The translations under genes were made by a program, and so were the position numbers. A stretch of 61,427 nt of DNA. Origin: a virus. Lineage: Duplodnaviria > Caudoviricetes. The notes under the pieces are model-generated. The model was not told the origin of the DNA, made no database searches, and was given only the letters and a program-made list of their open reading frames with translations. The stretch is taken from positions 1-61,427 of IMG/VR virus record IMGVR_UViG_3300029179_000001. One strand, written 5' to 3'. Shown one piece after another: positions 57,003-61,427 of this stretch (the first letter of the stretch is position 1; each line of letters begins with the position of its first letter).

Positions 57003-57323
57003 ATGTCTGAACAATCTCACCCTGTCGCTGAAAGCCTTAAGAAGCTGGGAGCGTTGTTTGATGAGCGGGCTGCAGTGTATGGGGACAACTACAAATTCTT
57101 CGGCAAGGTTATGCTGGGAATGTTTCCTCATGGCCTTGAGCTTAAGAGCGAGGATGATTTCAATCGCTTCTCCATGTTCCTCATAAGTGTGGTCAAGATG
57201 ACGCGCTACGGACAGATGTTCAAGAAGGGCGGGCATGATGACTCTCTTGATGACAGTTCTGTGTATCTACAAATGCTAGCCAAGATGGATCAAGAAATCC
57301 GCGCAGGAGGAAAGAATGTCTAA
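57003..57323 (+). CDS. Nmad1/DUF1599-like protein
   Basis: ER..VYGDNY, FP.G..L, DFNRF, K.TRY, GHDDSL.D..VY. Confidence 0.6.
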   Translation: MSEQSHPVAESLKKLGALFDERAAVYGDNYKFFGKVMLGMFPHGLELKSEDDFNRFSMFLISVVKMTRYGQMFKKGGHDDSLDDSSVYLQMLAKMDQEIRAGGKNV

Positions 57324-57858
57324 TTTCTCTCTTAACCTCCCCCTCTCCCTTCAAGAGAACTATGAAGCAGCAATGTTGAGAGACATTGGAAATTGGAATT
57401 TTCTTTCCGGTCCAGTCATCCTCAACATTGGAGCAGGCAACAAGCTCATCAAAGGAACAATCCCCCTTTCGCTTGATCAAGGGTGGTCAGCCCCTTTGCT
57501 ATCCGATTTTGCAAATGAAAGTGTTGATGGGATCATCACATATCATTTCCTCGAATTTCTGACACGCGAACAATTCATGCTTCAGCTTCGTGAGTTTCAG
57601 CGCGTTCTTAGGACAGAAGGGCTTGTTAACATTGCTGTCCCCTACTTTGCCAGTGAGCAAGCCTTTCACGACATCAACAATCAGTTGTACTTCACTGAGA
57701 AAACCTTTGTTCATGTGCTTGAAAAGAAATACTACAGCATGAACCTTGTAAATGGGCTAGAGGAGGAAAAGTGGAGGCTCAGGATCAATAACTCTTGCAT
57801 CATGGGGCATTCACACATGAACCTTATGCTTATGATTCAACTGGAGAAAACCCCATGA
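57316..57858 (+). CDS. Class I SAM-dependent methyltransferase (small-molecule type)
   Basis: LNIGAG, SVD.I...HFLE, RVL..EG...I.VP. Confidence 0.75.
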   Translation: MSNFSLNLPLSLQENYEAAMLRDIGNWNFLSGPVILNIGAGNKLIKGTIPLSLDQGWSAPLLSDFANESVDGIITYHFLEFLTREQFMLQLREFQRVLRTEGLVNIAVPYFASEQAFHDINNQLYFTEKTFVHVLEKKYYSMNLVNGLEEEKWRLRINNSCIMGHSHMNLMLMIQLEKTP

Positions 57859-58445
57859 AAAGGAAAATCAAGAAAGTGACAGTCAGTAAGCCTGTCATCA
57901 AGAAGCCAAAACTGCGTTGGTTTGCGTTCGATACAGAAACCACTGGCCTAGTCGAAAACCGGAAGCTGAGTCTAGACCGGCTTCCTGAGATTGTTGAGTT
58001 TTATGGAGTTGAATTCGATCCTGTCAGTGGAGAAATGTTCCGGGAGATCAATCAACTCATCAAGCCACGTAAGTCTATGAATGCAGAACAAATCAGCCAT
58101 CACATGATTACCAATGAGATGTTGGCAAATGAGCCTGTCTTTGCTTTTGTTGCTCCAAGAATCAAGGAGTTTATTGAAGGACAATCCCTCGTGTTCGCCC
58201 ATAATCTATCATTCGACATGGACATGGTCGACATCGAGTTTGAGCGTCTGGAGCAAAAGATAGCTTGGCCAAGACGCTTGTGTACAGTTGAGCAAACGAT
58301 TCATTTGCGTGGTCATCGCCTCTCTTTAACGAAGCTTCACGAACATCTATTCAAAACTCCATTCAGCGGAGCGCACAGGGCAAAGGTCGATGTGGCAGCC
58401 CTTGTTCGTTGTATTTGCGAACTACACAAGTTGGGAGAGCTATGA
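57855..58445 (+). CDS. dnaQ: DEDDh 3'-5' exonuclease (Pol III epsilon-like)
   Basis: FDTETTG, AHN..FD, HRA..D. Confidence 0.9.
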   Translation: MKRKIKKVTVSKPVIKKPKLRWFAFDTETTGLVENRKLSLDRLPEIVEFYGVEFDPVSGEMFREINQLIKPRKSMNAEQISHHMITNEMLANEPVFAFVAPRIKEFIEGQSLVFAHNLSFDMDMVDIEFERLEQKIAWPRRLCTVEQTIHLRGHRLSLTKLHEHLFKTPFSGAHRAKVDVAALVRCICELHKLGEL

Positions 58446-58870
58446 TGGAAAACATTGATCTCAATAAACTGCGCCGGGAACTCATAAAGATACGGGAATG
58501 GGCTCAAAACTACATCGATAAGCTACAGCCCCCTCCCGCAACAGAAGCAGGCTCCCTCCCTATCAATCCCCCTCCTCCAGCAGCTGCGCAAGTTATTGCA
58601 GGCGCTTCTCCGCGTGCTGCGGATGCTGCGTCAGCAAAAGAGGTTGATAAGAAGCTTCCGATGTTGGTGTGGAAGAAAACATTGAAGGGCGGATACACTC
58701 CAGAGTTTTGGCCTCATGGAGAGGTTGTGATTGGAGGACAAAGCAACAGCTACGTCAAGGCATACAATGTGTCTAATCTTCACTATGGTCTTTCAATTTC
58801 AATGTTGACAATTCACTATCCATTGCCTGATGAGTTTCATCAAAAACCTATTGGGGAGAAAGCATCTTGA
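58442..58870 (+). CDS. Hypothetical protein
   Basis: Coupled at both ends; Pro/Ala linker. Confidence 0.55.
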   Translation: MMENIDLNKLRRELIKIREWAQNYIDKLQPPPATEAGSLPINPPPPAAAQVIAGASPRAADAASAKEVDKKLPMLVWKKTLKGGYTPEFWPHGEVVIGGQSNSYVKAYNVSNLHYGLSISMLTIHYPLPDEFHQKPIGEKAS

Positions 58871-61427
58871 GAATACGAACAGGCTATAGTTTCCGTGTGG
58901 CAACAGGCCACATCGAGGATGTGCTAGCGAGGATCAAGGAGCTAGGTTGGAATGTTGCTCCAATCACAGACCGCAACTCGACATTCGGATTTAACCGCTA
59001 TACAAAGGCCGCGAAGAAACTCGGATTGCGTCCTATCTATGGTGTTGAGCTTGGTGTGGTCACTTCTTTAGGGGAGAAGCAGCCAAACATTGACTATTGG
59101 ACATTTATTGCGAAGAATGATCTAGAGCCTCTTCACAAGCTCATTGGGCTGGCAACAGCCAATCCCGGAAAACAACCAACAATTGATTATGCTCAAGCAT
59201 TCGACACTGAAGGGCTTTTTCGTATAGCAGGCCACACTGCTGTCCTAAGTGAGTGTGATGCTGATGACCCTGATTTCTATTTGGGTTTGTCTCCCTCACT
59301 TCCGAAAGGACAATTCAAGGCAGGACAATTGGGCGGCTTCCGTTGGCTAGCTGTTTCCGATAACTTGTACACGACAGTTGAAGACCGTGAATTCTATCGC
59401 GTCATGATGGGACGCCGCAACAATAGCCAAAGCTATCCACAACACATTCTTTCAGACAAGGAATGGATGGAAGCTGTTTCAATGATTTGTTCTGAGCCGC
59501 AGGCGGAGAAGGCATTACAAAATCGTAATTTTGTTGCCGATGAATGCCGGGCAGAGCTCAAGAAAGCAACCCTTCTAATCCCAGAACACCCAATGACACT
59601 AAGAGCGATGTGTGAGAAAGGGGCAAAGCGCCTAGGTATAAACCTCAAGGACAAGGTGTATGGTCCCCGGCTCACGCGTGAGCTAGAAATGATAACACTC
59701 AAGAATTTCGAGGATTACTTTTACATCATTGCAGATATGGTCCAGTGGGCTAAGGAACGGATGATTGTTGGGCCTGCAAGAGGATCATCCTGCGGCTCTC
59801 TCGTTTGCTACTTGCTCGATATTACGACAATCGATCCTCTCAAGTATGACTTGTTGTTTGAGCGCTTTATCGATACCACACGCAAGGACTTGCCCGACAT
59901 CGACATCGATTTCAGCGATGATAAGCGCTCGCTTGTGTTTGATTATGCGGAAAAGAAATATGGGTTGGACCGTGTTGCACGTCTAGGAACAATCGGCCTT
60001 TTCAAACCCCGTTCAGCCTTGAATCAAGCAGCATTGGCCCTACAAATACCTAAATGGAAGATGAACAAGGTCATCGACTCAATCATTGACCGCTCTGACG
60101 GTGATTCGCGTGCTAAGCAGGCCATTGAGGACACATTGAACGATACAGAAGCAGGCCGCGACATCCTAACCGAATATCCAGAGATCATAATCGCAGCAAA
60201 GATGGACCGTCACCCAAACAACCCTGGACAACACGCAGCTGGCATTGTCATCACTCAAGAACCAATCATCAAATACGTCGCAGTCAACTCCCTTACAAAG
60301 TCTATCATGTGCGATGGCCGTGATTCCGAGGATTACAACTTTCTCAAGATCGATGCACTAGGTCTAACTCAGCTATCAATCTTCGAACGCACCTTAGAGC
60401 TAATCGGCAAGGAGCCGCGCAACGGGTTTCTTGAAAAGCTTCCTACCAACGATAAGAAAGCATTCGATGTTCTTAACAAGGCTCACTTCAGTGGCATCTT
60501 CCAATTCAATGGATTGGCAATCCAATCACTGGTAAAATCTATTGTCATTGAGGACATTGAAGACATCATCAGCATTATTGCCCTAGCGCGCCCTGGTCCA
60601 ATGTCAACAGGAAGGGCTCAACAATGGGTAAGGCGGCGCATGAACCTAGAAGAATTCACTGCACCACATCCCATCTTCGAGCCATACTTGCGCCCCTTTC
60701 TAGGCATCGTCATGTACCAAGAAACAGTCATGAAGATAGGTAAGGACATTGGTGATTTGACTTGGGAAGATGTTACACAGCTTCGTAAGGCAATGTCCAA
60801 GTCCTTGGGTAAGGAGTATTTCGATCAATACGGGGACAAGTGGAAGACAGCAGGAGAAAAGAAGGGTATCCCGCGCGATGTGCTTGATGTTTTCTGGGAT
60901 GACTTATGCTCTTTTGGCTCCTATGGATTCAACCGCTCACATGCTGTTGCTTATGGAATGGTCTCCTATTACAGCTGTTACCTCAAGGCTCACTATCCCC
61001 TAGAATTTGCGGCCGCAACATTAGATGCGGAAAGTGATCCAGCGCGGCAAATCCTTATGTTGCGGGAGCTAAGGGATGAAGGTGTTGATTACATTCCTGT
61101 TGATGCGGAAGCTTCTACAGACAAGTGGGTTCCAACGAAAAAGGAAGGCAGACACCTCCTTGTGGGACCACTCACTCAGATAAAGGGGTTTGGCCCTGCT
61201 ACTGTTTCAGAGATTATGGAATGCCGCAAGAAGGGGAAGCCAATACGTCCTGCGCTTCTAAAGCGATTGGAGAATGCTAAGACTGAAATTGACTCATTGT
61301 TCCCTGTTAGGGATGCTGTTGCCAAGCATGTTCCTGATTTGACAGTCAAGAATATATTTAGCTCTCCTGTTGAAGTCAAAACAGTCCAATGCGATCCTGC
61401 ACGTGGGCGTTATGAAGAGGTAATGAT
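58867..61427 (+). CDS. dnaE: DNA polymerase III alpha subunit (about 965 aa including 1-441)
   Basis: TTG start; RTGYS/TDR/PIYGVE (PHP), GPARGS, LLFERF, PDIDID, HAAG, KID.LGL, YGFNRSHA; frame open to the window end. Confidence 0.93.
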   Translation, partial: MRIRTGYSFRVATGHIEDVLARIKELGWNVAPITDRNSTFGFNRYTKAAKKLGLRPIYGVELGVVTSLGEKQPNIDYWTFIAKNDLEPLHKLIGLATANPGKQPTIDYAQAFDTEGLFRIAGHTAVLSECDADDPDFYLGLSPSLPKGQFKAGQLGGFRWLAVSDNLYTTVEDREFYRVMMGRRNNSQSYPQHILSDKEWMEAVSMICSEPQAEKALQNRNFVADECRAELKKATLLIPEHPMTLRAMCEKGAKRLGINLKDKVYGPRLTRELEMITLKNFEDYFYIIADMVQWAKERMIVGPARGSSCGSLVCYLLDITTIDPLKYDLLFERFIDTTRKDLPDIDIDFSDDKRSLVFDYAEKKYGLDRVARLGTIGLFKPRSALNQAALALQIPKWKMNKVIDSIIDRSDGDSRAKQAIEDTLNDTEAGRDILTEYPEIIIAAKMDRHPNNPGQHAAGIVITQEPIIKYVAVNSLTKSIMCDGRDSEDYNFLKIDALGLTQLSIFERTLELIGKEPRNGFLEKLPTNDKKAFDVLNKAHFSGIFQFNGLAIQSLVKSIVIEDIEDIISIIALARPGPMSTGRAQQWVRRRMNLEEFTAPHPIFEPYLRPFLGIVMYQETVMKIGKDIGDLTWEDVTQLRKAMSKSLGKEYFDQYGDKWKTAGEKKGIPRDVLDVFWDDLCSFGSYGFNRSHAVAYGMVSYYSCYLKAHYPLEFAAATLDAESDPARQILMLRELRDEGVDYIPVDAEASTDKWVPTKKEGRHLLVGPLTQIKGFGPATVSEIMECRKKGKPIRPALLKRLENAKTEIDSLFPVRDAVAKHVPDLTVKNIFSSPVEVKTVQCDPARGRYEEVM
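61324..61427. repeat. Terminal overlap, copy 2
   Basis: Matches bases 1-104. Confidence 0.95.

Noticed and set aside
57316-57858. DNA adenine or cytosine methyltransferase
   Set aside because: It lacks DPPY/NPPY and PC catalytic motifs and resembles small-molecule class I methyltransferases.
58871-61427. Apparent gene-free region, intron or alternative genetic code
   Set aside because: It is the dnaE frame, missing from the ORF track only because its stop is beyond the window end; standard-code ORFs tile the genome.

Overview
This window is a complete, circularly assembled genome (61,323 bp unique; bases 1-104 recur at 61324-61427) of a tailed dsDNA siphophage. No integrase is visible, so it is probably lytic. 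The host is Gram-negative (spanins) and probably an alphaproteobacterium (GTA-like tail-tip genes; inference). Layout: an early gene array (+, 5.3-12.1 kb) with a type II hammerhead ribozyme directly upstream of its first gene; a long late operon (-, 12.1-43.1 kb: NusG paralog, terminase, portal, head-appendage cluster, protease, capsid, tail with -1 frameshifted chaperone, GTA-like tail tip, lysis cassette); a primase-helicase with an adjacent origin-like inverted repeat; and a rightward replication/nucleotide-metabolism operon (46.6 kb through the join to 4.5 kb). That operon encodes DnaE (split across the window ends and so missing from the ORF track), an epsilon-like exonuclease, an SNF2 helicase and a dense enzyme set: a ThyX variant with altered motif histidines, a UGM-like flavoprotein, an SDR, two Nmad1-like proteins, two MazG-like proteins, a HAD phosphatase, a SAM methyltransferase and an FMN alpha-hydroxy-acid dehydrogenase. 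The best candidate for an undescribed system is a pre-replicative pyrimidine hypermodification pathway built from these enzymes. All family calls come from motif recognition by eye; no database search was run.
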